From contig CALSSD010000013.1 of NCBI GenBank assembly GCA_943788915.1, forward strand, positions 248,001-312,000: DNA of 64,000 nt, in the 5' to 3' direction. Shown here piece by piece: positions 62,950 through 64,000 of the stretch. Position 1 is the first letter of the stretch. Each line of letters begins with the position of its first letter. Both the position numbers and the translations under genes were made by a program. The notes beneath the pieces were generated by a model. It did not search any database and was not told the origin of the DNA. It saw only the letters and a program-made list of their open reading frames with translations. This DNA comes from an uncultured Acidimicrobiales bacterium. GTDB lineage: Bacteria > Actinomycetota > Acidimicrobiia > Acidimicrobiales > UBA10347.

Positions 62950-63545
62950 CACTGGCCTCGGTGAACAATGTCGCTCACGCTTGGTCGGCCACGGCGTGCA
63001 GATTTGCTCATGCGGTCAGTATTGCTTGGCCAGCCAATGGCTACCGCACCAATTGGGCGAACAGCTGCAGGAATGCCAAGTGCATCACACACGACAGGCT
63101 CGTGGTCAAACACGCCAAAAAACAATGCCCCGAGTCCTGCATCGGTTGCGGCGTGCAGCAAGGTCATGGTTGCCATTGCGGTGTCGACATGCCAATACGG
63201 GATGCTCCAAGCATCAGCCCCGTCCCCGAGGCCGGTTCGGCGCTTGTCCGGCTCGCTGTAGCGAGTGACATAGGCGGCCGCATCGCCACACGGCAACACA
63301 ATCACCGGAGCGTGCAGCAGACCTGGCCACGGGAAGGTCTCCCGTTTTTCAGACTCGAGCGTGAGATCCCAATATCGGGCGACCTGCTCTCCTTCGAGCA
63401 CTACGAAGTGTGTTCCCCAGGTATTACCCGCCGAGGGTCCCTTCGTTGCAAGCTCAAGGAGCCCATCGATGATGGCAGGCTCGACCGGGTCGGGTAGATA
63501 GTTACGCACCATCCGCCGGGAGCGCACCACCTGTTCAAACTCCAC
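62946..63545 (-). CDS. Nitroreductase family protein
   Basis: RRMVRNY, GPSAGN, GLGALFFG. Confidence 0.88.
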   Translation of the reverse strand: MEFEQVVRSRRMVRNYLPDPVEPAIIDGLLELATKGPSAGNTWGTHFVVLEGEQVARYWDLTLESEKRETFPWPGLLHAPVIVLPCGDAAAYVTRYSEPDKRRTGLGDGADAWSIPYWHVDTAMATMTLLHAATDAGLGALFFGVFDHEPVVCDALGIPAAVRPIGAVAIGWPSNTDRMSKSARRGRPSVSDIVHRGQW

Positions 63546-63557
63546 GAGGGACCAACG

Positions 63558-63629
63558 TACCGACGAGGTTTGGGTTACCAACGAAGTTTCGGTAACCAAC
63601 GAAGTTTGGCTTACCGACCAAGTTTGGCG
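63558..63629. repeat. Four degenerate 18-bp tandem repeats
   Basis: Units TACC(G/A)ACGAAGTTT(G/C)G.. at 63558, 63576, 63594, 63612. Confidence 0.75.
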
Positions 63630-64000
63630 AGACGTTCCGGCGCGACCCACCCGTGACAGACGAGTGTGTCGCCATTGCTGGCATCGTGGTCATCGAACAA
63701 GGCTACGATGTCTGCGGGGATCTTCTCCGGAGTCGTTGATGTGTAGTCGAGCACCGATGCTTGCGAACCATCGCCTCGGACCTTGAAGGACCGGTCCTCG
63801 TAGCGGCTTGCGCCAATGCCGAATCGTTTGGCCAACCGTCGACCCCAGGCACGTTCTTCGCCATTCGGCTTGTAGTCCGGTCGTGGGATGTGATCGGCCA
63901 AATGTTTGTACGCATCGAACCCGGACGGATCATTGAACTGTGCACCGAAAAGAACATCTTCGTCGGGGAACGCCATGAGTGCCCGATGGAACAGCTCGTT
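63611..64000 (-). CDS. Hypothetical protein, 3' part (starts beyond the window)
   Basis: Frame is open to the window end (NELFHRALMAFPDED...). Confidence 0.65.
   Translation of the reverse strand, partial: NELFHRALMAFPDEDVLFGAQFNDPSGFDAYKHLADHIPRPDYKPNGEERAWGRRLAKRFGIGASRYEDRSFKVRGDGSQASVLDYTSTTPEKIPADIVALFDDHDASNGDTLVCHGWVAPERLAKLGR

Overview
High-GC (roughly 60%) actinobacterial chromosomal segment; gene content and protein style suggest Acidimicrobiia (inference). Mostly core genes: pgk(5')-gap-rapZ, a dnaK-dnaJ unit without grpE preceded by an HspR/HAIR-like operator, uvrC/uvrA/uvrB, coaE, rpsA, polA, tRNA-Leu(CAA), a type II fatty acid synthesis cluster (fabD-fabH-fabG-acpP-fabF, fabZ), HU, two ECF sigma/anti-sigma pairs, a long his-trp cluster, mshD-like, rlmN, menG and menA. 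Eight genes, including fabH, hisB and hisD, carry single-base indels, many in homopolymers, which most likely reflects long-read consensus error. The most interesting items are: an orphan GroES paralogue ending in an HbYX-like tail (GLYI), a candidate proteasome-docking heptamer; an unannotated ~100-nt three-hairpin RNA with repeated UCCGCC loops; an HPr-kinase-like/PqqD(RRE)-like fusion coupled to an unannotated 50-aa membrane protein; a MIRU-like 72-bp tandem repeat in the uvrA leader below a LexA-like box; FabD fused to a lysine-less biotinyl/lipoyl-like domain; and pervasive leaderless promoter architecture. No CRISPR array, prophage or intact mobile element was seen. All calls come from reading motifs by eye; no database searches were run.
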